DNA of 31,483 nucleotides from a virus (IMGVR_UViG_3300030104_002272:1-31483); one strand, 5' to 3'. Positions 7,724 through 16,356 are shown, counted from the stretch's first letter. Translations and numbers: made by a program. Notes: generated by a model not told the origin, from the letters alone.

Positions 7724-8932
7724 ATGACAACAAAATTTTACATAAATAAAAATGTTTTAGAAGCGTCAAAAGAAAGAATAACTAAAATTTTTAATGATTT
7801 TGAAAAACTCTATATAAGTTTTTCTGGTGGCAAAGATTCAACAGTTATGACACATTTAGTTTTAGAAGAAGCAAAAAAAAGAAATAAAAAGGTTGGATTA
7901 TTAATAATAGATTTAGAAGCTCAATATAAAAATACAATAGAACATATTGAAGAAATAATAGAAAAATACAAAGATAATATTGATTTACATTGGTTTTGTG
8001 GTGAGTTATTATTAAGAAATGCTGTTAGTGATTTTCAACCAAAATGGGTTTGTTGGGATAATGATAATAAAAATATTTGGGTAAGAGATAAACCAGATAA
8101 GGCAAGTGATTTATCTCAATATGATTTTTATGTTCCTAAAATGGAATTTGAAGAATTTATGGTTTTATTTGGCAAATGGTATGCTAAAGATAAATTAACC
8201 GCTGCGTTTATTGGAATAAGATCTGATGAAAGTTTACATAGATATAGAGCGATAACATCTAATAAAAAAAATCTTACACATAATAATTATAAATGGACTA
8301 CAAAATTAAGTAAAACCTTATTTAATGTTTACCCTATATATGATTGGAGAACTGAAGATATATGGATTTTTCATTCAAAATATAAAAATTTATGTCATAA
8401 TAAAATTTATGATTTAATGACAATGGCGGGTGTTAAACTAAGTAATCAAAGATTATGTCAGCCTTATGGTGATGACCAAAAAAGAGGATTGTGGTTGTAT
8501 CATATTTTAGAAAGCGACACTTGGTATAAGCTTTTAAATAGAGTTAGCGGTGTTAATAGTGGTTCACTATACATTAATGAAAAAGGTAATATTAATGGTT
8601 ATAATAATGTTACAAAACCAAATAATCACACTTGGGAAAGTTACTGTAATTATTTACTTAAATCATTACCAAATAAAATGCAAAGTCATTATAAAGAAAA
8701 ATTTAAAAAGTTTATAGTTGGGTGGAAAAAAAGAGGGTATAAAAAAATACCTGATGAAGCTCCTCATGATTTAGAAGTAAAATGTTGGGCTCCATCTTGG
8801 AAAAGAATGGTTAGATGCATTTTAAGAAACGATTACTATTGTAAAGGGTTAGGTCAAACACAACCTAAATCTGAAGCATACGAAAAATATAAATCAATTA
8901 AATACAAAAGAAAAATAGAATCTGAATTATGA
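7724..8932 (+). CDS. ibrA: PAPS-reductase-like PP-loop protein of the IbrA/YbdN (DUF3440) family
   Basis: SFSGGKDS PP-loop, GIRSDESLHR, YPIYDWRTEDIW, QRLCQPYGDDQ, PSWKRM..CILRNDY.CKGL. Confidence 0.88.
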   Translation: MTTKFYINKNVLEASKERITKIFNDFEKLYISFSGGKDSTVMTHLVLEEAKKRNKKVGLLIIDLEAQYKNTIEHIEEIIEKYKDNIDLHWFCGELLLRNAVSDFQPKWVCWDNDNKNIWVRDKPDKASDLSQYDFYVPKMEFEEFMVLFGKWYAKDKLTAAFIGIRSDESLHRYRAITSNKKNLTHNNYKWTTKLSKTLFNVYPIYDWRTEDIWIFHSKYKNLCHNKIYDLMTMAGVKLSNQRLCQPYGDDQKRGLWLYHILESDTWYKLLNRVSGVNSGSLYINEKGNINGYNNVTKPNNHTWESYCNYLLKSLPNKMQSHYKEKFKKFIVGWKKRGYKKIPDEAPHDLEVKCWAPSWKRMVRCILRNDYYCKGLGQTQPKSEAYEKYKSIKYKRKIESEL

Positions 8933-9249
8933 ATAAAGAAATAGCAAAAGAATTAAATAAATTTGCACAAAAAATAGCAGAACTATATTCAAAAAAAGAT
9001 AGGGAAGGTAATTATAATAATGAAGATTTTAAAGTTAATGAAATTGTACCAACATCAGACCATACAGCAGTTGTATATTTTAAAAAAAATACAGGTAAAT
9101 ATGGATTAGCTTTTTTTTATTATATTAATCGTGGTGCATCAAAAGGTTGGAAGTATTTTTTCCCAACTGATTCACATATAAACGGAATGCAGGCTTTTTT
9201 ATTTTATAAATTAGACGTTGAAAAAAAGAACTTTAAATACAATTTTTAA
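8929..9249 (+). CDS. Hypothetical protein, third gene of the AT-rich cassette
   Basis: 106 aa, aromatic-rich (GLAFFYY, GWKYFFPTDSH); ATGA overlap with the ibrA-like gene. Confidence 0.6.
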   Translation: MNKEIAKELNKFAQKIAELYSKKDREGNYNNEDFKVNEIVPTSDHTAVVYFKKNTGKYGLAFFYYINRGASKGWKYFFPTDSHINGMQAFLFYKLDVEKKNFKYNF

Positions 9250-9260
9250 ACTAACAAACT

Positions 9261-9689
9261 ATGAAAGAATTCCCATACATTAAATTTAATGTTAATCAAT
9301 GGCTAACAGGAACTATTGCATTCCAAAAGTTAGATGTACAAGGCGCATATATGAAGGTATGTTGCTTTTATTGGTCTAAAGGATGTAATATACCAAGAGA
9401 ACATTTAAAATCTATTGTACCAGATTATTATAATATATTGCTTAAAACAAACTTAATTAAAGTTGTAGATGATAAAATTATTATTGAATGGTTAGATGAT
9501 ATGTATGAAGATAATTTAAAAAGATCTAAAATAAATGCAGCTAACGGAAGAAAAGGTGGCAAAGCCAAAGCGAACGCTACAAATTCGCCAAGCATAAAGA
9601 AAAGAGAAGAAAAGAAAAAAGAAGATAAATATGTAAATGATAATTTATTAAGAGTTGATAGTGAATTACAAAAACTATTGGACCAATGA
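9261..9689 (+). CDS. Replication initiator / replisome organizer (YdaU/DUF1376-like N-terminus)
   Basis: PYIKF...WL..T......QGAY......YW N-terminus, NGRKGG linker and a K/E-rich purine tract; directly upstream of the helicase. Confidence 0.7.
   Translation: MKEFPYIKFNVNQWLTGTIAFQKLDVQGAYMKVCCFYWSKGCNIPREHLKSIVPDYYNILLKTNLIKVVDDKIIIEWLDDMYEDNLKRSKINAANGRKGGKAKANATNSPSIKKREEKKKEDKYVNDNLLRVDSELQKLLDQ
9569..9630 (+). promoter_or_regulatory. Putative replication origin inside the initiator gene (copy A)
   Basis: AGCG-AA-CGCT dyad plus TTCGCCAAGCAT, followed by a strand-asymmetric NAAGA pentamer tract; 40/47 identical to 14307-14353. Confidence 0.55.
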
Positions 9690-10537
9690 TATTAGAGGAC
9701 AATGCAACTATACCATATCTAAAAGCATTTAAGAGTGGTAAAATTAAAAAAGGTTTAGGCATTGGTTGTATTCTGGATGATCACTTTTTATTTAAGAAAG
9801 GAGATTTTAATATGTTTTTAGGGCTTGATAATGTAGGCAAAACAAATTTTATATTATGGTATCTAACTGCATTAAGTAAAAAGCACGGAAAGAAATGGTG
9901 TATATGGAGTGGGGAAAACAGACCAGGACAATTAAAGCGCGACATTATACAAATGTGGACAGGTGAAACAATTAAAGGTCTTAACGAATATTTATTTTAT
10001 CACGATGAGATTAGTAAGTATTTTAAATTTGTAGATAATAAAAAACTATACAACCATAAAGAACTATTACAGTTATTTAAAAAAGAAGATTGCGAAGGAT
10101 GTTTAATTGATCCATACACAGGTATAAACCACGATAGGAGAATATCACAATTTGAACGTAATTATCAAGTATGTAATGATGTACGTGAGTTTTGTAATTC
10201 AACAGGCAAAACAATGTTTATTGCAATGCATCCGCAAACAGAAGCAGCAAGGCGAGTATTTCCGCACGATCATCAATTGAATGGGCATATACAACCACCA
10301 CGTAAAGCAGATTGCGAGGGTGGGCAGGTGTTTCCAAATCGTGTTGATAATTTTATTACATTACACAGATTAATATCACACGATAAACTTTGGATGATGA
10401 CAGAAGTACACATACAAAAAATAAAGGATAAAGAAACTGGAGGCAAGCCAACGATGCTTGGGCAACCGTTGAGGTTTGATTATAATGGTGGATTAGGATT
10501 TACAATAGGAGGTATAAACGTTTTAAAAAATAAATAA
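9686..10537 (+). CDS. Replicative SF4 (DnaB/gp4/Twinkle-like) helicase
   Basis: Walker A GLDNVGKT, WSGEN, Walker B CLIDPY, AMHP, GGQVFPNRVDN, QKIK. Confidence 0.85.
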   Translation: MILEDNATIPYLKAFKSGKIKKGLGIGCILDDHFLFKKGDFNMFLGLDNVGKTNFILWYLTALSKKHGKKWCIWSGENRPGQLKRDIIQMWTGETIKGLNEYLFYHDEISKYFKFVDNKKLYNHKELLQLFKKEDCEGCLIDPYTGINHDRRISQFERNYQVCNDVREFCNSTGKTMFIAMHPQTEAARRVFPHDHQLNGHIQPPRKADCEGGQVFPNRVDNFITLHRLISHDKLWMMTEVHIQKIKDKETGGKPTMLGQPLRFDYNGGLGFTIGGINVLKNK

Positions 10538-10776
10538 TGAAATACAAATACGAAAACATAGATAGGTTTATGGAATATAAATCTTGGACTGATAAACAAA
10601 AGATAGATCAACTGCTGCATATAGATTGCAACTTATATGCAAATCTTGGAACAGATTCAACAAAAGATGAAAAGGATGAGGTTAAAAGAAAAAGTTTAAT
10701 TATATACAGATTAATAAAAACATTAGATAGGAAACTTGGAGATGAATTACTGTATTCAATGGATATGAAACGATGA
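10537..10776 (+). CDS. Hypothetical protein
   Basis: 79 aa, stop/start overlaps on both sides. Confidence 0.65.
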   Translation: MKYKYENIDRFMEYKSWTDKQKIDQLLHIDCNLYANLGTDSTKDEKDEVKRKSLIIYRLIKTLDRKLGDELLYSMDMKR

Positions 10777-11036
10777 ACGATTTAGATTACACAATAGCAA
10801 AGAACCGTTTAGAGATATTGTTATTAAAAGCACAGGAAAGTTTAAAGGAGGGTAATGTAACACAAAGCAAGATGGAGGCAATAGAAACGCTTCAATCAAC
10901 TTTAAAAGCTATGATACAATTACGTTTAACAATAGATGAATTAAACAAAAAGAATACACTAATCACCTTACAGAACGTCAAAGCATATAAAGAAACTGCT
11001 GAACTTAAGAAAAAATTTAGTAATTTTAAACAATGA
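10773..11036 (+). CDS. Coiled-coil hypothetical protein
   Basis: 87 aa, ATGA overlaps. Confidence 0.6.
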   Translation: MNDLDYTIAKNRLEILLLKAQESLKEGNVTQSKMEAIETLQSTLKAMIQLRLTIDELNKKNTLITLQNVKAYKETAELKKKFSNFKQ

Positions 11037-11131
11037 ACGCTATATATTACACAATGCTAATAGCAATACTACTTGCATTTTTCGCAGGTGTGTTTACTGT
11101 TCTATTGTATCAACAAATATTTGAAAAATGA
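11033..11131 (+). CDS. 32-aa single-TM peptide (not in ORF track)
   Basis: MNAIYYTMLIAILLAFFAGVFTVLLYQQIFEK*; ATGA overlaps at both ends. Confidence 0.6.
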   Translation: MNAIYYTMLIAILLAFFAGVFTVLLYQQIFEK

Positions 11132-11247
11132 AACAAGCAATTTTGAAAACATTAGCTGCAATACTTGGATTAATACTTACACCAGTATGGCTGCCAATTA
11201 CATTAACATTTTATTTAGTTGACAAATGGCGAAAAAAAGGACAATGA
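11128..11247 (+). CDS. 39-aa single-TM peptide (not in ORF track)
   Basis: MKQAILKTLAAILGLILTPVWLPITLTFYLVDKWRKKGQ*; ATGA overlap. Confidence 0.55.
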   Translation: MKQAILKTLAAILGLILTPVWLPITLTFYLVDKWRKKGQ

Positions 11248-11390
11248 ACGAATTACGACAAACAAAGGATACTGTTTATGAACATCCATATTACCCTGTA
11301 GAAAATAGCCTAAATTATTTGTGTGCTATATATCCAAACGATGCTGATCTTGGTGCAGCTATTCGCCAACACTTTGATAAATATAAATAA
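11226..11390 (+). CDS. Small phage protein with a YPND.DLG..IR motif (not in ORF track; alternative start 11244)
   Basis: MAKKRTMNELRQTKD...AIYPNDADLGAAIRQHFDKYK*; TAATG overlap with the next gene. Confidence 0.6.
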   Translation: MAKKRTMNELRQTKDTVYEHPYYPVENSLNYLCAIYPNDADLGAAIRQHFDKYK

Positions 11391-11743
11391 TGTTAAACGC
11401 TAACCAAAAAGGAAAACGCTTTGAACTACGCATTGCAAAAGATCTTGCAAAGAAGTTTGATACCAATATAAGAAGAACACCAAATAGTGGGGGATTATCC
11501 ATTAAAGGGGATATACTAACAACAAGCGGAATACTATCAGAATACAGTTGGGAATGTAAGAACCAAGAGAAATTAAACATCTGGAAAGCACTACACCAAA
11601 GCGAAAGCGATGCAATAGGCACGTTAAAAACGCCTGTAGTGGTTTTCACAAAGAACCACGAAAATGATTACTGTGCATTAAGGTATGAAGATTTTATTAA
11701 TATATTATTAGAGCTTGATGAATTGCGCAATGAAAGCAAATGA
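11390..11743 (+). CDS. Holliday junction resolvase (Hjc-like PD-(D/E)XK)
   Basis: KGKRFELRIAKDL, RTPNSGG, GDI, WECKN. Confidence 0.8.
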   Translation: MLNANQKGKRFELRIAKDLAKKFDTNIRRTPNSGGLSIKGDILTTSGILSEYSWECKNQEKLNIWKALHQSESDAIGTLKTPVVVFTKNHENDYCALRYEDFINILLELDELRNESK

Positions 11744-12242
11744 TGTTTTGAATATATTACACAATCACCAACAAACGTGGTTATTAATTGCAGATCGTTT
11801 ACTGTATAGAGATGATGAACAAACCACACAAGACATAGTACAAGAAATGTATCTACAGATATATGATTTAATAGAAGATGAAAAACTACAACCACAGCAG
11901 ATAATAATAAACAACAAGCCACACTTTGGAATAGTAAAACGAATTATAGAACAATTAATACAACACCAAGCCAATAATGAAAACAGATTACCAAAGGATG
12001 ATAACTGTGTATTAAACAACATAGTACAGGATGAGGTAGAAAACGTGGAGGAGCTAACTACACTCATAGAAGAAATACTACAAGAAATGCATTGGTTTGA
12101 TAGGAAGCTATTCAAGCTATATGTAAAGAAGTTTAATAGTGTTAGATCATTGGCAAAGGAAACCAAGTTAGGACACGTAACAGTATATAACACAATAAAC
12201 AAATGCAGAAACAATATAAAAAAAAAGTTAAATGAAAAGTAA
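11730..12242 (+). CDS. ECF-type RNA polymerase sigma factor (probable late sigma)
   Basis: Region 2-like QDIVQEMYLQI and region 4 HTH WFDRKLFKLY...SVRSLAKETKLGHVTVYNTINK. Likely ATG at 11730. Confidence 0.78.
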   Translation: MKANDVLNILHNHQQTWLLIADRLLYRDDEQTTQDIVQEMYLQIYDLIEDEKLQPQQIIINNKPHFGIVKRIIEQLIQHQANNENRLPKDDNCVLNNIVQDEVENVEELTTLIEEILQEMHWFDRKLFKLYVKKFNSVRSLAKETKLGHVTVYNTINKCRNNIKKKLNEK

Positions 12243-12615
12243 AGGATTAGGCGATACCGTAGAAAAGGTAACAAACGCAACAGGAATAAAGAAAGCAACA
12301 GATTACATATTTAATAAATTAGGGGTTGATTGCGGATGCGATAAAAGAAAAGAAAAATTAAATAAGTTATTTCCATATAAGAAACCAGAATGTTTAACAG
12401 AAGAAGAATATATGATACTGAAAGGATTCTTCAAAAGAGTTAAGAGCAATGTATCAGCAAGCGAACAAACTGCACTGCTTGATATTTACAATAGAGTATT
12501 TAAACAGAACAGGCAACCATCAACCTGCGGAAGCTGTGTAAAGGAATTAGTAAACGATATGAAAACACTATTTAAAGAATATGAAAAAGAACAAGAAGCA
12601 CAAACAGAAGTATGA
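12232..12615 (+). CDS. Conserved Cys-containing (possibly Zn-binding) phage protein
   Basis: GLGDTVEK.T.ATGIKK, DCGCD.RKEKLN, CGSC. Confidence 0.7.
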   Translation: MKSKGLGDTVEKVTNATGIKKATDYIFNKLGVDCGCDKRKEKLNKLFPYKKPECLTEEEYMILKGFFKRVKSNVSASEQTALLDIYNRVFKQNRQPSTCGSCVKELVNDMKTLFKEYEKEQEAQTEV

Positions 12616-12692
12616 AGCAGAATTAAAATTAATTAAATATCTTAATGATAATGAACAAGATATAAATACAGAACAAATACAAAACAAGAACA

Positions 12693-13031
12693 ATGAGCAA
12701 GGAAGATCTAATACCATACAAAAAAGGGCAAAGCGGAAACCCTAACGGTAGACCAAAAGGCAGCAAGAACCGCAGCACAATAGTTAAGGAAATATTAAAC
12801 TTAATGGTGCAAGTAAAGGATGATGAAGGTAATGATAAATGGCAAAGCAATGAGTATCTAATAGTACAGGCAATGGTAAACAAAGCAATTGAAAAAGGTG
12901 ATGTTGCTGCGTTCAACGCGTTGTATGATAACCTATATGGCAAACTAAAAGATACTGTTGATATGAATACTACTGAAACAATAAACCACGATTTTAAAAA
13001 GCTAATTAGTGGAATTAAGTTTAAGCAGTAA
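12693..13031 (+). CDS. terS: Terminase small subunit (DUF5681-type N-terminus)
   Basis: KKGQSGNPNGRPKGSKN, A..GDV.A; directly upstream of TerL. Confidence 0.75.
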   Translation: MSKEDLIPYKKGQSGNPNGRPKGSKNRSTIVKEILNLMVQVKDDEGNDKWQSNEYLIVQAMVNKAIEKGDVAAFNALYDNLYGKLKDTVDMNTTETINHDFKKLISGIKFKQ

Positions 13032-14217
13032 ATACAGGGTATTCCATACATCAGACGCACGTTACTTTATTGTAACTGGCGGCAGGGGATCAGGTAAATC
13101 ATTTGCAATAAACACTATACTGTTAATGCTTACCTATCAAGCAGGGCATACCATACTATTTACAAGATACACATTACGAGCAGCAGCCATTAGTATCATA
13201 CCAGAATTTATTGAGAAGTTAGAATTGTTAAACGTTTCACAGGAGTTTAAAATAACACGCGATGAAATAATAAACAAAGGCAACGGCAGCAAAATAATAT
13301 TTCGTGGGATTAAAACCTCATCAGGAGATCAAACAGCAAACCTTAAATCATTGCAGGGCATTACAACTTGGGTTATGGATGAGGCAGAAGAATTAAACGA
13401 TGAAGATATATTTGATAAGATTGATTTAAGTGTACGTAACAAAGCGCAGGACAATAGAGTAATACTAATATTGAATCCAACTACAAAAGAGCATTTCATA
13501 TATCAACGTTGGTTTGAATCACGCGGCATTGAAGCAGGTGCAAACATAACTAAAGAAGATACATCATACATACACACCACATACAAGGATAACATAGAGA
13601 ACCTTTCACCAAGTTATATTAAGCAAATAGAAACAATGCAGAAGCGCAGACCAGAACGCTACAAGCACACAATACTTGGTAGTTGGTTAGATAAAGCAGA
13701 GGGCATTATATTTGATAATTGGATAGTAGGAGAATTTAAACAGGTTGGTAAAATAGTATTTGGGCAGGATTACGGCTTCAGCAACGATCCAAGTACATTA
13801 GTAAAAACAAGCATAGATAAATCAAACAAGGTTATATATGTACAGTTATGTTTCTACCAACCTAAATTAACCACAAGTGAAATATCAGTATTGAATAATA
13901 AGTTTGCAGCTAACAATTTAATTGTTGGTGATAGTGCTGAACCACGTTTAATAACTGAACTGAGCGCACATTGTAATATAGTGCCTGCAATCAAAGGGCA
14001 AGGCAGTATTACATACGGTATTAGTTTACTACAGGATTATGATTTAGTAATAGATCCAGAAAGCACGGATATAATAAAGGAGCTTAACAACTATTGTTGG
14101 TTAGAAAAGAAAAGCCAAACACCAGTAGATAATTTTAATCACGCACTTGATGCACTGCGTTATGCAGTTAGCTATCAATTGCAAAACCCACATTTAGGTG
14201 AGTATCATTTATATTAA
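13009..14217 (+). CDS. terL: Terminase large subunit (PBSX/SPP1-like)
   Basis: Walker A GGRGSGKS, Walker B WVMDEAEE, LNP, nuclease DYGFSNDP, DSAEP, NHALDALRYA. Confidence 0.95.
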   Translation: MELSLSSKYRVFHTSDARYFIVTGGRGSGKSFAINTILLMLTYQAGHTILFTRYTLRAAAISIIPEFIEKLELLNVSQEFKITRDEIINKGNGSKIIFRGIKTSSGDQTANLKSLQGITTWVMDEAEELNDEDIFDKIDLSVRNKAQDNRVILILNPTTKEHFIYQRWFESRGIEAGANITKEDTSYIHTTYKDNIENLSPSYIKQIETMQKRRPERYKHTILGSWLDKAEGIIFDNWIVGEFKQVGKIVFGQDYGFSNDPSTLVKTSIDKSNKVIYVQLCFYQPKLTTSEISVLNNKFAANNLIVGDSAEPRLITELSAHCNIVPAIKGQGSITYGISLLQDYDLVIDPESTDIIKELNNYCWLEKKSQTPVDNFNHALDALRYAVSYQLQNPHLGEYHLY

Positions 14218-14302
14218 AATAAAACAATTAATTAAGTATCTTAAGTTCATTGATGAAAAGAAAATGGAGTATATGATTAAAGCAGGCAGGGCAATGTTTT
14301 GA
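14198..14302 (+). CDS. Possible 34-aa ORF (GTG start)
   Basis: MSIIYIKIKQLIKYLKFIDEKKMEYMIKAGRAMF*; overlaps the end of terL and ends just before the palindrome. Confidence 0.3.
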   Translation: MSIIYIKIKQLIKYLKFIDEKKMEYMIKAGRAMF

Positions 14303-14303
14303 T

Positions 14304-14384
14304 TGTAGCGTTCGCTACAGTTTCGCCAAGCATTAAGATAAGAAAAGAAAAGATAATAAAAGAAAAGAAAAAAAAGATAAAAAA
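14304..14384 (+). promoter_or_regulatory. Intergenic second copy of the putative origin/initiator-binding element (copy B)
   Basis: Palindrome TGTAGCG-TT-CGCTACA, TTCGCCAAGCAT, then TAAGA TAAGA AAAGA AAAGA TAATA AAAGA AAAGA. Confidence 0.6.
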
Positions 14385-14387
14385 CGT

Positions 14388-14417
14388 GCATAACACTTGG
14401 CGTTTTTTTTTACATTA
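14388..14417 (+). promoter_or_regulatory. Putative late promoter 1
   Basis: GCATAACACTT-GG-CG-T9-ACATTA; 28/30 identical to 23550-23579; 9 nt upstream of ATG 14427. Confidence 0.72.
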
Positions 14418-14426
14418 TATATAACT

Positions 14427-15056
14427 ATGAAGATTAAAATAAACGTACCGGAATCACTAAACGAAATTACACTGAAGCAATACCAGAAATGGTTAAAGAT
14501 TTCAGAGGGTAAAGAAATGGATATGTTCTTACAACAAAAGATGATTGAGATATTTTGTAATGTACCATTAAAACAGGTTCTTGGAATTAAAGCAATTGAT
14601 ATTAATAACATATGTACTATGCTGCATAATATGTTTCAACAGAAACCTAAATTTAAAGATAGGTTTAAATACAATGATATTGAATTTGGTTTTATACCTA
14701 AATTGGATGATATTACATTTGGAGAATATGTTGATTTGGATAATTACCTTGGTGATTGGCAATTAATGGATAAAGCAATGAGCGTATTGTTTAGACCAAT
14801 AACACACACAAGAAAGAAAACATATTTAATAGAGGACTATATTAGTGCAGATACATACGATTTAAAAGATATTACACTTGATATTGTATTTGGTGCGCTT
14901 GTTTTTTTTTACAATTTAGGCAACGAGTTACAGAATCATATCCTGAAATATTTAGCAATGCAGGGGGAGGTGGACCTGTCTCAAGAGCAGAGAGTTTCAA
15001 TATTAAATGGGGTTGGTATCAATCCATCTATGGATTATGCAAAGGGGATATTATGA
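14427..15056 (+). CDS. Putative tail assembly chaperone (gpG-like, 209 aa, zero-frame product)
   Basis: Start MKIKINVP at 14427. Duplicated EITL.QY / DITFGEYVDL motif; contains the slippery run GTT TTT TTT TAC at 14901-14912. Confidence 0.65.
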   Translation: MKIKINVPESLNEITLKQYQKWLKISEGKEMDMFLQQKMIEIFCNVPLKQVLGIKAIDINNICTMLHNMFQQKPKFKDRFKYNDIEFGFIPKLDDITFGEYVDLDNYLGDWQLMDKAMSVLFRPITHTRKKTYLIEDYISADTYDLKDITLDIVFGALVFFYNLGNELQNHILKYLAMQGEVDLSQEQRVSILNGVGINPSMDYAKGIL

Positions 15057-15163
15057 TGATAGATAAAATAACTAATATTAAATTACATACTTGTTTGATG
15101 CACTTATCATTTGAAACTGATAAAGCAGAACTTGAAAATTATATACTAAATGCAAAGAGATGA
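14903..15163 (+). CDS. -1 frame extension (gpGT-like, fused product ~245 aa)
   Basis: Open -1 frame from the T9 run: FFLQFRQRVTESYPEIFS...KWGWYQSIYGLCKGD...CLMHLSFETDKAELENYILNAKR*; fills the 15057-15149 gap. Confidence 0.7.
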   Translation, partial: FFLQFRQRVTESYPEIFSNAGGGGPVSRAESFNIKWGWYQSIYGLCKGDIMMIDKITNIKLHTCLMHLSFETDKAELENYILNAKR

Positions 15164-15416
15164 TATATTAAAAGAAATAATGGATCGTGAAATGTTTGGC
15201 AAGGATGAATATGTAATACTTGCTGATGGTTTTGAGGATGCATTTTTAGGTGTTACAGCGGTTAAACCTGCACGTGCAGTATATAGCTATTGGAAGTGTT
15301 TAGATATTATTATGAAACAAGATGATAGCGATTTTGATGAAGCACTTGATTGGCTGAATGAATTTATAGATGAAGAATTAGGAGAACACGCTCCATTATA
15401 TATTAAATTATTATGA
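15150..15416 (+). CDS. Small acidic conserved phage protein
   Basis: ADGFEDAFLG, AVYS, DEALDW, GEHAPLYI pattern. Confidence 0.65.
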   Translation: MQRDDILKEIMDREMFGKDEYVILADGFEDAFLGVTAVKPARAVYSYWKCLDIIMKQDDSDFDEALDWLNEFIDEELGEHAPLYIKLL

Positions 15417-15868
15417 AAAGTTTTTACAACGTAATAGATAAAATTAAAACGGTAGTTACAACAGAACCGTTTAACAACGAAATAACATTTGGTGATATTG
15501 CTGATATTGATTTAAAGAAGCAGAGTTTATTTCCATTAGCACACGTAATGATAAACAATGCTACAATAAACAACCAATATGTAACAATGAACATTACAAT
15601 ATTCTTTATGGATTTAGTGGATATTAGTAATGAACAAACAACAGATTTATACAGAGGCAATGATAACAGGCAGGATATACTAAACACACAACTGGCATTA
15701 GCTACAAGAGTAATAAGAGTATTGCAAAAGGCAGAGCCATACAGAGATGAGTTTGAATTATTAACGGATGCAACCTGTGAACCGTTTACAGAACGTTTTG
15801 ATAATATGCTTGCAGGATGGGCAGTAACGTTTGACATAGGGGCTAAAGATGAAATGACTTACTGCTAA
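15413..15868 (+). CDS. Tail terminator/completion protein
   Basis: 151 aa, acidic; FPLAHV, PFTERFDN.LAGW...F; position in the tail module. Confidence 0.55.
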   Translation: MKSFYNVIDKIKTVVTTEPFNNEITFGDIADIDLKKQSLFPLAHVMINNATINNQYVTMNITIFFMDLVDISNEQTTDLYRGNDNRQDILNTQLALATRVIRVLQKAEPYRDEFELLTDATCEPFTERFDNMLAGWAVTFDIGAKDEMTYC

Positions 15869-16356
15869 TGAGTGAATTTAGAAAGGCATTAGATAAATAC
15901 GCAAGATATGTTGTACAACAGTCAAGGAGCAATTTGACTAAACAAAGAAACAATGCATCTAAAAGTTTATACAGAAGTTTAGGTTATAACATTAAAGGCA
16001 ACCAAGTAACTTTTGAGGGGAATGAATACGGTGAGTTTTTAGATAAAGGTGTTAGAGGTGCAGAATCATATTATGCAGATAAAGGAACAGCATCAAGCCC
16101 ATTTAAATATAAAGGTAAAATGCCACCACCAAAAGCATTTGAAAAATGGATTAGACAAAGGGGCATAAAAGGCAGGGATAAAAAAACAGGTAGGTTTATT
16201 ACAAACCAATCATTAAGCTATTTAATAGCACGAAGCATTTACAAAAAAGGAATTAGAGCAACATTATTTTTTACTAAACCATTTGAAGCAGGTTTTGTTA
16301 AATATGAAGATGAAATAATGCAAGGATATTTAGACGATAAATTAAATTTACAATGA
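15868..16356 (+). CDS. Neck/tail completion protein (HK97 gp10-like)
   Basis: Basic; SLYRSL, YGEFLDKG, MPP..AF..W, IARSI.KKGI.AT.FF. Confidence 0.6.
   Translation: MSEFRKALDKYARYVVQQSRSNLTKQRNNASKSLYRSLGYNIKGNQVTFEGNEYGEFLDKGVRGAESYYADKGTASSPFKYKGKMPPPKAFEKWIRQRGIKGRDKKTGRFITNQSLSYLIARSIYKKGIRATLFFTKPFEAGFVKYEDEIMQGYLDDKLNLQ

Noticed and set aside
7724-8932. cysH auxiliary metabolic gene for sulfate assimilation
   Set aside because: Lacks the C-terminal ECGLH motif of true PAPS/APS reductases; it is the longer IbrA/DUF3440 type.
12581-12745. 54-aa ORF MKKNKKHKQKYEAELKLIKYL...
   Set aside because: Overlaps both neighbours substantially and is low-complexity. It fills a 77-bp gap, so it is possible but unsupported.
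14334-14384. CRISPR array or microsatellite
   Set aside because: Degenerate 5-nt purine repeats with no spacers; better explained as part of the origin-like element.
14397-14426. TTG start and N-terminal extension given in the ORF track
   Set aside because: Overlaps the repeated promoter motif; ATG 14427 is the plausible start.
14581-14766. Alternative-frame + strand ORFs (also 24061-24288)
   Set aside because: Nested within stronger genes, with no start context or motifs.
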